A stretch of 64,000 bases of DNA from Mustelus asterias (taxonomy: Eukaryota), in contig NW_027590135.1 of the NCBI RefSeq assembly GCF_964213995.1, positions 62,001 through 126,000 on the forward strand, in the 5' to 3' direction. Positions 47,640 through 60,377 of this stretch are shown here, piece by piece. The notes below the pieces were generated by a model, which worked only from the letters and a program-made list of their open reading frames with translations, was not told the origin of the DNA and ran no database searches. Numbering within the stretch: position 1 is the stretch's first letter; each line of letters begins with the position of its first letter. The position numbers and the translations under genes are program-made.

Positions 47640-49117
47640 AAAAAATCACCGGCTCCAACGCACGCCTCCCTGATGAGCTCAATGCATTCTGTGCCCGCTC
47701 TGAGCAAGAGGTCAGCGAGAGCACGCGCTCCACCCTGGAAGCCTGAGATGAATCTGTATCCGAGGTCACCATTGCAAATGTCAGAGCAGCTTTCTCAGAG
47801 GTCAACCCAAGGAAAGTGACTGCCTCGGATGGGGTACCCGGACGAGCACTCAGATCCTGCATGGATCAGCTGGCGGGGGCATTCGCAGACATCTTCAACC
47901 TCTTTTTACAACAATCTCAGGTCCCTGCCTGCTTCAAGACAACGACCATCATCCCAGTACCAAAGAAAAGCTAAGCAGCGTGCCTCAATGACCATTATCC
48001 AGTGGCTCAGACATCCATCATTAGGAAGCGCATCGAAAGATTAGACATGGCACAAATCAATTCCAGCCTCCCAGACTATCTGGATCCACTACAGTTCACC
48101 TACCAGCGCAACAGGACACAGCAGACACCATCTCCCTGCCCCTGCACTCAGCCCTGGAACACCTAGATAACAAAGACACTTACAGCAGACTTCTATTTAT
48201 TGACTACAGCTCAGCCTTCAACACCAATATTCCTGCAAAACTCATCTCCAAACTCCGTGGCCTGGACCTCGGCTCCTCCCTCTACGACTGGATACTGAAC
48301 TTCCTAACCCACAGACCACAATCAGAAAGGATAAGCAACAACACCTCCTTCACGATCATCCCCAACACTGGTGCCCCACAAGGCTGTGTTCTCAGCCCCC
48401 TACTATACTCCTGATACACCTGTGACTGTGTGGCCAAATTCCCCTCCAATTCGATTTTCAAGTTTGCTGACGGCACCACCGCAGTGGGCCGGATCGCAAA
48501 CAATGATGAGAATGTTCAGGAACGAGATAGAGAATCTGGTGAACTGGTGCGGCGACAATAATCTGTCCCCCAATGTCAACAAAATGAAGGAGATTGTCAT
48601 CTACTTCAGGAAGCATAAGAGAGAACATGCCCCTGTCTACATTAGCGGGGACGAAGTAGAAATGGTTGAGAGCTTCATGTTTTTAGGTGTCCAGATCACC
48701 AACAACCTGTCCTGGTCCCCTCATGCCGACACTATAGTTAAGAAAGCACCACCAATGCCTCTACTTTCTCAGAAGACTAAAGAAATTTAGTATATCAGCT
48801 ACGACTCTCACCAACTGTTCGAGATGCACCATAGAAAGCATTATTTCTGGTTGCATCACAACTTGGTTTGGCTCCTCCTCTGCCCAAGACTGCAAGAAAC
48901 TACAAAATGTTGTGAATGTAGCCCAATCCATCACGCAAACCAGCCTCCCGTCCATTGACTCTGTCTACACTTCCTGCTGCCAGCCAGCAGAATTCAGGAC
49001 CCCACTCACCCCGGACATTCTCTCTTCCACCTTCTTCTTTTGGGAAAACGATAGAAAAGTCTGAGGTCACGTACCAACCGACTCAAGAACAGTTTCTTCC
49101 CTGCTGCTGCCAGACTT
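47640..49117 (+). mobile_element. Rex/Babar-like LINE RT fragment (degenerate)
   Basis: LFIDYSSAFNT, GAPQGCVLSP, KFAD, NLSWS motifs. Confidence 0.85.
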
Positions 49118-50360
49118 TTGATTGAGTTTTTTGAAGGGGTAACCAAGGAGGTAGATGAGGGCAGTGCAGTTGATGTTGTCTACATGGACTTTAGCAAGGC
49201 CTTTGACAAGATACCGCATGGTAGGTTGTTGCATAAGGTTAAATCTCACGGGATCCAGGGTGAGGTATCTAATTGGATACAAAATTGGCTTCTTGACAGA
49301 AGCCAGAGGGTGGTTGTAGAGAGTTGTTTTTCAAACTGGAGGCCTGTGACCAGCGGTGTGCCTCAGGGATCTGTGCTGGGTCCACTGTTATTTGTCATTT
49401 ATATTAATGATTTGATGAGAATGTATGAGGCATAGTTAGTAAGTTTGCAGATGACACTACGATTGGTGGCAGAGTGGACAGTGAAGAAAGTTATCTCCAA
49501 TTGCAAGGAGATCTTGATCAATTGGGCCAGTGGGCTGACGAATGGCAGATGGAGTTTAATTTACACAAATGTGAGGTGATGCATTTTGATAGATTGAACC
49601 AGGGCAGGACTGACTCAGTTAATGGTAGGGCATTGGGGAGAGTTACAGAACAAAGAGATCTTGGGGTACATGTTCATAGCTTCTTGAAAGTGGAGTCACA
49701 GGTGGACAGAGTGGTGAAGAAGGCATTCGGCATGCTTGGTTTCATCGGTCAGAACACTGAATACAGGACTTGGAATGTCTTGTTGAAGTTGTACAAAACA
49801 TTGGTAAGGCCACACTTGGAATAGTGTGTGCAATTCTGGTCACCCTATTATAGAAAGGATATTATTAAACTCGAAAGAGTGCAGAAAATATTTACGAGGA
49901 TGCTACTGGGACTTGATGGATTGAGTTATAAGGAGAGGCTGGATAGACTGGGACTTTTTCCTCTGGAGCGTAGGATCTTATGGAGGTCTATAAAATAATG
50001 AGGGGCCCAGATCAGCTAGATAGTCTATATCTTTTCCCAAAGGTAGGGGAGTCTAAAACTAGAGGGCATAGGTTTAAGGTGAGAGAGGGAGAGATACAAA
50101 AGTGTCCAGAGGGGCAATTTTTTCACACAGAGGATGGTGAGTGTCTGGAACAAGTTACCACAGGTAGTAGTAGAGGCGGGTACAATTTTGTCTTTTAAAA
50201 AGCATTTAGATAGTTACATGGGTCCAATGGGTATAGAGGGATATGGGCCAAATGCGGGCAATTGGGATTACCTTAGGAGTTTTTTTTTTAGAAAAAGGGC
50301 GGCATGGACAAGTTTGGCCGAAGGGCCTGTTTCCATGTTGTAAACCTCTATGACTCTATG
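49118..50360 (+). mobile_element. 5'-truncated CR1
   Basis: YMDFSKAFD...[10 protein letters not shown]...LVRPHLE; tail (CTATGA)n. Confidence 0.92.
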
Positions 50361-53039
50361 CATATCAGAAGAATTCTTCAAGTGAGAACCATTAGAGTGT
50401 GGAATTCACACTCTATCTGTCCATCTCTGTTACTGTATGAGAATGTGGAGTTAACTCATTCCCGCTATCTGTCAATCTGTACATGAGAGCACGATTCACT
50501 CTGTCAGTCTCTGTTACTGTATTTCAGGGTGGAACTACAGTGAATTTCTTCCTGTCAGTTTATTTGAGGATGGATTAATTCTCTGATGTGTCAGCCTCTA
50601 TTAGTGCAAGTGAGTGTGGAATTAAATTGATTCGCCAGTCTTTGTTCCTGTTATTTCAGTTTGCAATTACCTCTCTTGGGGCATCTTGACAAGTTCATGA
50701 ATGAGATGGGAATAGAGGGATATGGTCCCGGAAGCGTAGGGGGTTTTAGTTAAATCAGGCAGCATGGTCGGTGCAGGCTTGGAGGGCCGAAGGGCCTGTT
50801 CCTGTGCTGTAATTTTCTTTGTTCTCTGTCCTACCCTGGGGGTTGATTTGCTCAGTTGGCTGGACAGCGGGACCGTGATGCAGAGCAACCCCAAACGCGT
50901 GGGTTCATATTCCTGTACCAGCTGAGGATATTCATGAAAGGAGAGAGCAGCCTATGATCATCTGGGACTGTGCTGAATATCGCCATTACCTTTCTGTCCA
51001 TCTTTGTTCGCGTATGTGAATATAGAATTAATTCTGTATCTGTTATTCTCTATTACTGTATGTGAATGGGGCAATAACACTGTTCATCTCTGATTTGGAC
51101 ATGAAGCTGGAATTAACTCTTCTCTATTCTTTATCCTTTACTGCAGTGTGGCATTAACACTGTCAATCTCTATCGCTGTGTGTAGATGTGGAATTGACTC
51201 AATCAATTGATAATAATGTCTGTGTCAGTGTCTGTTAGTGTATGGAAGTGGGTCACTGTCAGCTTAGCAAACTGCAGCGAGTGGAGGCTGATTCCTGAGA
51301 TGAAGGAGTTCTCTTCTGAGGAAAGATTAAACAAGTCTGGCCAATTTTCAGTGGAGAAGAATGAGCGAGGATCGTACTAAAACATATAAGATTCTCAAGG
51401 GCTTGACAGTGTAGATGCTGAGTGGGATGTTGCAATGTGTCGGGGGAAACTGGAACTAGAGGCACAGTTTAAAGATAAAGCATCTCCAATTTAAGATGGA
51501 GATTAGGAGGAATTACTTATTTTAAGGGAACCTTAATTTTTGTCATTGAATAGATTCAATCTCGAGTTAGACAGATTTTTGAGTTACAAGAGAATCAAGG
51601 GTTATGGGGACAGGTACTGAAGTGGAGTGGAGGCCACAATCAGATCAGCCATGATCTTACTGAATGGCAGAACAGGCCTGATGGGCTGAATGGCCTTCTC
51701 CTGCTCCTTTTTCTTATGTTCTGGTAGTGTGTGTGTGGGACTAACTCTTTTTCTCAGTCTCTGTTACAGTTTTCAGTGTGGAATTAACTCAGTCTGATAC
51801 TGCATTTCAATGTGGAATTGATTCTCTGTCCAACACTTATTGTATGCGAGTGTGCAATGTTTCTTTAACTGTACAAGACACAGTTAATGATCTTTGATCA
51901 GAAGTGTTTTGACCCTACTGCTCTCAAATTTACTCAGAATTAAACCCATCACTTTCTCCTGCTTCTACAGACCAAAGTCACCCAAACAAAAACATACCTT
52001 CACAGAAACTGAGGGGCTGAATTCCAAAACCAACATCCAGCTTGATTCAAAATCGCTCTTAATTTGTCTATTTCAGTCCAGTTTTCTGAGCAACAGCTGC
52101 AATAATTCACAGGTGAAATCATGTGGACGCTGGACATCTGAAACAAGGTGTAAATTCTGGAATACACAACAGGTCAGGCAGCATCTGTGGAGAGAGAAAC
52201 AGAGTTCATGTTTCAGCTCACTGACAATCAGCCTACAATAAACTACTTGCTGATATCTGCTCGTGGCGGTCACAGTTCCCACATGAGGAGGTAATGGTGT
52301 AGTGGTATTGTCACTGGATGAGTGACCCAGAGGTCCAGTGCAATTCAATGGGACCTGATTATCACCTCAGCACAGTGTGCAATTTGAGCTCAATTAAAAT
52401 CTGGAATTAAAGGTCTAATGATGGCCATGTTGTAAAAACCCATTTGGTTCACTGATACCCCTGTAGGAAAGGAAATCCACCCACATGACCTGTTCTGGCC
52501 GACCTGTGACTCCAGACCCACAGTATGTTCTTGACTCTTTAATGCCGCCTGAAATGGCCTAACAAACCACTCAGTTCAAGGGAAATTAGTGCAATGAATG
52601 CTGGCCAAGCCAGTGACGCACACATTACATGAATGAATAAAACAATTCTCTGCGCCGCAGAAAGCGCTCTATCCAACACACTGACTTGCCCAGGCACTGA
52701 GAGTGGGGACGCTCCCCAGGGGCAGCCGCGGGGCAATCGGTGCTGGAACTTTCCCCACTGCCACTTGTCTCCCATTCCACCAAGCTGCCTGTGTCCTTCT
52801 GAAGTTTCCCACTTTCCTCCTCACAGTTGCCAATGCCTCCAAGTTTGGTGGCGTGTGGAAATGTTGAGCTTGTGTCCTGTACACCAAGGTGTGTGTCATT
52901 AATATATATCAGGAAGAGCAGGGCTCCTAACACCGAGCCCTGGGGAACTCCACTGGAAACCTTCCTCCAGTCTGAGAAACAACCATTAACCACTGCTCTC
53001 TGTTTCCTCTCACTCACACTGTTCCATATGGGGCGGTGA

Positions 53040-53282
53040 GGATGGCCTCGCTGCATCATCCGCTTCATGGTGCCGCTCCCTCGCCGCACGGCCGCCGGAC
53101 CCGGCGCCTCTGCTCCGACCTCCGGCTCGGTATTACTGCGGCTGCGCGCGACCCCGCTGAACTTCCGGGAACCGCACCGCGCAGACAGACGGTTTCCGAG
53201 GACGCGGCCGAACGGCAGCTGCGCCGTGCGGACCATTCTGAATGAGATAGACCGTATTCACCCGCGCGCTGCATCCTGGGTT
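53040..53282 (-). promoter_or_regulatory. Paralog of the CpG-rich promoter/first exon at 8714-9006
   Basis: CATCCGCTTCATGGTGCCGC...CCATTCTGAATGAGATAGACCGTA...GCATCCTGGGTT shared with copy 1. Confidence 0.55.
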
Positions 53283-53287
53283 AGTTA

Positions 53288-53465
53288 TGATGTGGAATGC
53301 CGGCGTTGGACTGGGGTAAATACAGTAAGAGTTTTAACAACACCAGGTTAAAGTCCAACAGGTTTATTTGGTAGCAAATGCCATTAGCTTTCGGAGCGCT
53401 GAAAGCTAATGGTATTTGCTGCCAAATAAACCTGTTGGACTCTAACCTGGTTTGAATTAAACTCT
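53288..53465. mobile_element. Head-to-head (inverted) Penelope-like terminal insertion with 14-bp TSD
   Basis: Terminal motif present in both orientations around CCATTAGCTTTC-GGAGCGCT-GAAAGCTAATGG; TCCTGGGTTAGTTA at 53274-53287 and 53466-53479. Confidence 0.75.
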
Positions 53466-53689
53466 TCCTGGGTTAGTTACACAGGCCACCATTACATTGA
53501 ATAAAACAGCACAAGGAATTAAATTTAAACCCATCAGCATTCCGAAAGAGATTTCCTCTCCCTTTAGTGCAATACTTCCTCTTATCTAAAGTACAGCCTC
53601 AAAATGTATTTCTATCCTTATTTGTCCAATTACATTTTGAATTTACTTTTCATTCTAATTGGCTTCGATTACAGGCATCATATTCAAGA

Positions 53690-54846
53690 TGGACTTTAGT
53701 AAAGCGTTTGACAAAGTCCCTCATGGTAGGCTGGTGAAAAAGGTTGGATCTCATGGGATAAAGGGGGAGGTGGCTAGATGGGTGGAGAACTGGCTTGGTC
53801 ACAGAGACAGAGGGTGGTAGTGGAAGGGTCTTTTTCCAGCTGGAGGCCTGTGACTAGTGGTGTTCCGCAGGGCTCTGTATTGGGACCTCTGCTGTTTGTG
53901 ATTTATATAAATGATCTGGAAGAAGGAGTAACTGGGGTGATCAGTAAGTTTGCGGACGACACAAAATTGGCAGGACTTGCAGATAGTGAGGAACATTGTC
54001 AGAAGCTACAGAAGGATATAGATAGGCTGGAAATTTGGGCAAAGAAATGGCAGATGGAGTTCAATCCTGATCAATGCGAAGTGATGCATTTTGGTAGAAA
54101 TAATGTAGGGAGGAGCTATACGATAAATGGCAGAACCATAAAGGGTGTAGATACGCAGAGGGACCTGGGTGTGCAAGTCCACAGATCCTTGAAGGTAACG
54201 TCACAGGTGGAGAAGGTGGTGAAGAAGGCATATGGCATGCTTGCCTTTATAGGACGGGGCATAGAGTATAAAAGTTGGGGTCTGATGTTGCAGATGTATA
54301 GAACGTTGGTTCGGCCGCATTTGGAATACTGCATCCAGTTCTGGTCGCCACACTACCAGAAGGACGTGGAGGCTTTGGAGAGAGTACAGAGGAGGTTTAC
54401 CAGGATGTTGCCTGGTATGGAGGGGCTTAGTTATGAGGAGAGATTGGGTAAACTGGGGTTGTTCTCCCTGGAAAGACGGAGGATGAGGGGAGACTTAATA
54501 GAGGTGTATAAAATAATGAAAGGCGAACGGTGGGAAGCTTTTCCCCAGGTCGGTGGTGACGTTCACGAGGGGTCATAGGTTCAAGGTGAAGGGGGGGAGG
54601 TTTAACACAGATATCAGAAGGACATATTTTACACAGAGGGTGGTGGGGGCCTGGAATGCGCTGCCAGGCAAGGTGGTGGAGTCGGACACACTGGGAACGT
54701 TTAAGACTTATCTAGACAGCCATATGAACGGAGTGGGAATGGAGGGATACAAAAGAATGGTCTAGTTTGGACCAGGGAGCGGGGCGGGCTTGGAGGGCCG
54801 AAGGGCCTGTTCCTGTGCTGTATTGTTCTTTGTTCTTTGTTCTTTG
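53690..54846 (+). mobile_element. 5'-truncated CR1 (sister of 41363-42523, without the 3'UTR module)
   Basis: ORF 53778-54578 RT; near-identical ORF2 end and tail (TTCTTTG)n. Confidence 0.94.
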
Positions 54847-55706
54847 TATCACAGCAATTTGCTGCCCAATGTAACGACAAATGTGTTCCCTGACGGTTTT
54901 CTTTATTCTTTTATATCATTCACAATGAACCCGTGCCAGTGGTTCGCAGAAACATTTTCTTTCAATTTACTCCATTGAAACTGATCACGACTTTACTCAC
55001 CTCTCTGAAAACTCCTCTCAACCTTACTACTGACTTCAAATGGTATGAATGCAGGAAGTATGAATTTAGTTTCGAAGTTCTGTAATTACATAACAAGTGA
55101 GCTGCTGCAGAGACAAACAGTTAATAGCAAATATTTCAGATCAACATCTGCCCATCAGAACTGTCTGAAGTTAGAAATGTAATACATTACAGGCAAATGG
55201 AGAGGAGAGGGGCTCATGTGAAAAAGAACGAAATGGAATATCTGTGACATGCACACATGCATTAAATAATAAGAATTAGTTACACAGTGAAAGGGATAAT
55301 CACCAGATACATAAAGTAAGAAAAATCTGAATGGAGGAGAGGTGCTCTGAACACCAGGAAAGACCCAGGACAGAATGATCCATGTGAGAGTGAGATGCAG
55401 AATGAAAATGGCAGGTGACTAGAAACTCTTCTCAGAAATTCAATCATCATTGTGAACTGATTGGAAATGTTCCAAGTGTGGGACATGGGAGCGACACACT
55501 TGAGAACCCTGCCAACCACAGAGCGGTGAGAGGATTGGTTGAACAAAGGGAAGAAATATCAGAAGTTCCCGAATGGAAGGCCGCATTATCTTTCCTCACA
55601 GTTCAGTGTCTATATGCAGGAGAATTAGCTTTTGCAACATTATATTTTTTCTAAAGTTTCACTGCTAATGATGTGCTCTGCATTGGTAGATTGAGTGACT
55701 GCTTTA

Positions 55707-56570
55707 GAACCATCGAAAATTACAGCTCAGAAACAGGCCCTTTGGCCCTTCTTGTCTGTGCCGGACCATTTTATGCCTAGTCCCACTGACCTGCACTTGG
55801 ACCATATCCCTCCACACCCCTCTCATCCATGAACCCGTCCAAGTTTTTCTTAAATGTTAAAAGCATTTACCACTTTATCCGGCAGCTCATTCCACACTCC
55901 CACCACTCTGCGTGAAGAAGCCCCCCCTAATATTCCCTTTAAACTTTTCTCCTTTCACCCTTAACCCATGCCCTCTGGTTTTTTTTCTCCCCTAGCCTCA
56001 GCGGAAAAAGCCTGCTTGCATTCACTCTATCTATACCCATCAAATTCTTATACACCTCTATCAAATCTCCCCTCAATCTTCTACGCTCCAGGGAATAAAG
56101 TCCCAACCTATTCAATCTCTCTCTGTAACTCAGCTTCTCAAGTCCCGGCAACATCCTTGTGAACCTTCTCTGCACTCTTTCAATCTTATTTACATCCTTC
56201 CTGTAACTAGGTGACCAAAACTGTACACAATACTCCAAATTCGGCCTCACCAATGCCTTATATAACCTTACCATAACACTCCAACTTTTATACTCGATAC
56301 TCCGATTTATAAAGGCCAATGTACCAAAGGCACTCTTTACGACCCTATCCACCTGTGATGTCACTTTTAGGGAATTCTGTATCTGTATTCCCAGATCCCT
56401 CTGTTCAACTGCACTCTTCAGAGTCCTACCATTTACCCTGTACGTTCTTCTTTGGTTTGTCCTTCCAAAGTGCAACATCTCACACTTGTCTGCGTTAAAT
56501 TCCATTTGCCATTTTTCAGCCCATTTTTCTAGTTGGTCCAAATCCCTCTGCAGGCTTTGAAAACATCTTC
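55707..56570 (-). mobile_element. 5'-truncated CR1, near-identical to 44500-45370
   Basis: ORF 55939-56541 almost identical to the last 200 aa of ORF 42497-45130. Confidence 0.95.
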
Positions 56571-57152
56571 CATCAGTCCAGAAGCATGACTCAGATCCAA
56601 TCCTGAACGAGAATCCTAAACCTAAATAAAGTAAACTCGGAAGTTATGAGAGGTGAGTTTGCGAAAATAGATTACGGATTAATAGATTCATAAAATGGCA
56701 TAACGGTCGATAGGCAATAGCTAATATTTAAGGCATAGTTGTATGTAATGGAAGAGTTATACATTCCTTTATGGCACGTAAACATAACTGGAAAGTGGCC
56801 CAATCATGGCTTACAAAATAAATTAAATAGTATTGGATCCAAAGAAGAATATGAGATTATAAAAGCGTGGAGCCATTTGTCAGCTCGAGCCTGCACCGCC
56901 ATTCAATAAGATCATGGCTGATCTTTTCATGAACACTTTACACAAATGATCAGTCGGTCCATTCTCCTTTGTCTGTGCCTCCTGTCAGTCTCTTGCTGAT
57001 TTTATGTGTGTTCCATTCTTGGTGTGTTAAGCGTGGAATTGTGCCGCCAGGCGGAGCTGCCGAGCACATTTTCTGACATTAAACAGCAATGCAACAGTGA
57101 CATTTTGTCCTACTACAACTCAACAATAATAAGCAGGAAACTGTTATGTTAT

Positions 57153-57224
57153 AGCAGAGTGGCGCAGCGGAAGCGTGCTGGGCCCATAACCCAGAGGTCG
57201 ATGGATCGAAACCATTCTCTGCTA
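57153..57224 (+). tRNA. Initiator tRNA-Met (CAT), second copy
   Basis: Identical to 15551-15622; TTTT terminator a few nt downstream. Confidence 0.97.
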
Positions 57225-57377
57225 TTCACGTTTTCAGGAGCAGTTTGAAAGAAAAACATTTTGCAGTTCCCCACAAATGTCTCTTCTATTTCTTTGCAGG
57301 AAACAGTTATTTTCATCAACTCTCGCTTGCAATAAACAATTTGAGCTGCAACAAGCTCACTGCTGTGAATGCTACAA

Positions 57378-57473
57378 TGCCATATAGGTACACCCACAGT
57401 GCGTTTTTAATACTATGGTATTTGCTACCAAATAAACCTGTTGGACTTTAACCTGGTGTTGTGAGACTTCTTA
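57378..57473 (+). mobile_element. Short Penelope-like-derived insertion with 15-bp TSD
   Basis: CTGTGAATGCTACAA at 57363-57377 and 57474-57488. Confidence 0.75.
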
Positions 57474-60144
57474 CTGTGAATGCTACAAACAGCTTTCCCA
57501 CTTTCCTCAGAGCAGTTCTGACAGTCAAATGACCTTTAAATCACAGAATCCCTACAGTGCTGAAGGAGACTATTTGGCCCATTGAAACTGCACTGACTCT
57601 CCGACAGAGCATCCCATCCATGTCCTATAGCCAGAGCCCCACGCACCCACCCCGCTAATCTACCTAACCTTCACTTTTTACCACACAAAGGCAATCTAGA
57701 ATGACCAATCCACCCAACCTGCACATCTTTGGACTGTGGAAGGAAGCCGGAGTACCCGGTTTCCAGATGTAACTTGCCTGGGTGAATGCAGCTCCAACAA
57801 CACTAGAAGTTTGACACTATCCAGTACAAAGCATCTGACTTAATTCATTTCCCATCCACAAAGAGTCACTCCCTGCACCAAAAGTTAAAGTTAAAGTGTA
57901 TTTATTAGTCACAATAAGGCTTATGTTACCATTGACAGACAGGGTCAGCAGTGCACACCATCTACAAGATGCATTGCCAGAATTCACAAAGGTGTATTTG
58001 ACAGAACCTTCCAAACCCACCATGACTATAGCCGAGAAGGAAAAGGAAAAGCAGATGCATCAGAACAACACCACCTGGAAATCTCCCTCCAAGCCACTCA
58101 TCATCAGGGCTTGGAAATATATCGCCGTTCCTTCAGTGTCAGTAGGTCAGAGTCCAGGAACTTCCCACTCCCCAACATCCCCCACAGCAAAGAAAAAACG
58201 CACTGTGGGTGTACCTATATGGCATTGGCAGCAGCAGTTGAAGATTGCAGTTCAGCACTGCCTACCCCAGGGCAATTAAGTGTGGGCAATAAATCCTGGC
58301 TGAGCCAGTGATGCCCTCATCCCATGAATGGATAAAGAAAAAAAAACAACTGATCAAAAAGGTTCCTCCTCACCTCTGCCTTAAAGGGGAGGTCACATTT
58401 TTCAAAAAAAAACTCTGCCCTTCTGGTCACATTTTCAGTGTAATTCTGAGCACAATCAGGATTATTTAGTAAGTGTTGCCCCATTGCAGAATCACATTGT
58501 GCAGTAGCAAAAGAGAAAATGCTGGAGAATCTCAGCAGGTGTGGCAGCATCTGTAAGGAGAGAAAAGAGCTGACGTTTCAAGTCCAGACGACCCTTTGTC
58601 GAAGACCTTTGTCATCATACAGATGCTGCCAGACCTGCTGAGATTTTCCAGAATTTTCTCTTTTGATTTCAGATTCCAGCATCCACAGTAATTTGCTTTT
58701 ATTTGTGCAGTAGCGACCTGCCTGGTGATGTGTATGGTAGGATTTGTCGTCGTGATCTCCTGTATCCCCGTTGGTATGGGCTGCCCAAGACACACAATCA
58801 GTGTTGGAATCAATTCACATGTTTCAGTATCTGGTTCCATTCTGAATCTGAATTTGTCTGGTGTTATTTCTGAAGGTGCCAGTTATATATATCTGGCAGA
58901 CACTTATAAAGTGTGTGAGTGTTGGATCATTCGAGACCTGTCAATGGCCTCTATATCTGTGAGCATTTCATATAAATGTGGCAAACATCAGTAATTTTAA
59001 ATCCCTTGCTGCTGTTTGTGGAACATATGCTTTAATTCCCCTGGTACTGTTTGCAGAACATCAGCTTCATGCTGTTCCTGTCAGTGGAATTAATCATGTA
59101 TGTAAATCTATGGTGCTGTTTAAAATTGTGTGTCTCATTTGGGATTTTTCACTCACGTCTCTCTCTATCTAATCTTCCATTTGTTTCCGTTACTCTGTGT
59201 GAGCCTTTGGTTGTTTCCAAATCCCTCAGTGATACAATTGGTGTGTGTGTGATTTATTTCATATCACTCAGACTCAGCTCCTGTGAGTGAGTGCAGTAAA
59301 CAGCCTGTACTTTTCAGCTGTTGATGCTGAACATGTGATTCAGAACTATTCTCTTATTTATCAGTCTTTGGTATTTAGTGTGAGTATGGGATTAATTAAA
59401 TAACCTTCAATCTCTGGGACAAGTTATCTATTTGGATTAATTCCAAATAACTTTCCAACACAGAAGGTTGCAGTAGGTTTGAAGCAAATAATGTGAGTGA
59501 GTTTCGGCCCAGCAATAAATCTCTGTCACTGTGAACACAATTGTGAAAGATAATGTATCCTTCAATCTGATACTGGATTGCTATGCAAGTTTCACTCAGG
59601 TTGTTCACATTGATTTGATCTGTGACAGTCTGATTCTGAGTAAGAATTTTGACATGAGTGTAAAATGGAGCTCAGTCTGGAATTGCTACAGTGTCTTCCA
59701 TCTGGCTCAGTGTGAGTGAGGATTAGTTTATAATTTATGGTTCAGTTCATAGTCATCAAACTGATATTGTAACTTTTAGTTTCATAATCTGGGTGAGTTT
59801 TCAACTGGAACCTGAGTTTGTACCTCAGGTTATACTCGCTTTCAGAATATCTCAATCTGAGATTGTCCTTCAGATTTGTAACTAATGTATTTGTGAGAAC
59901 TCACCATGGCGATTAGTACTGCCAGTTCCAAACCCCTGATGTGGGTGATATGACTGGTATTTAACTGGAATCTCAAAGTACATTATTAAGGTTAATTGTG
60001 TAACATTTAACCAAAAAAACATTTTACGGTTTTATCAGATACTTAATTTGGAGCAAAGGCTGCTCTATTGTGGGATTGACACAGTGATGATCTGATAATG
60101 GTTTGGACTGGGATTTATGGATCACCCTGTCAGCGGTATTGAGT

Positions 60145-60285
60145 TTGATTTGATTTCTTATTGTGACAAAAACTAATTACTATGCTGTGAAAACTCTGGT
60201 TTCTTGCGCACTATACAGACCGAGCATACCGTTCGCAGAGTATACAGACGAGAAGGAAAGGAGAGGGTGCAGAATGTAGTGTTAA
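60145..60285 (-). mobile_element. Rex/Babar-like LINE 3' tail abutting the tRNA-Leu terminator
   Basis: Minus TAACACTACATTCTGCAC...AAATCAAATCAAA matches 10547-10673. Confidence 0.75.
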
Positions 60286-60294
60286 AAATCCTTC

Positions 60295-60377
60295 TACCAG
60301 GAGTGGGGTTCGAACCCACGCGGACATATGTCCATTGGATCTTAAGTCCAACGCCTTAACCACTCGGCCATCCTGGT
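60295..60377 (-). tRNA. tRNA-Leu (TAA)
   Basis: Minus: ACCAGGATGGCCGAGTGGTTAAGGCGTTGGACTTAAGATCCAATGGACATATGTCCGCGTGGGTTCGAACCCCACTCCTGGTA; intact cloverleaf with long variable arm; TTTTT terminator. Confidence 0.97.
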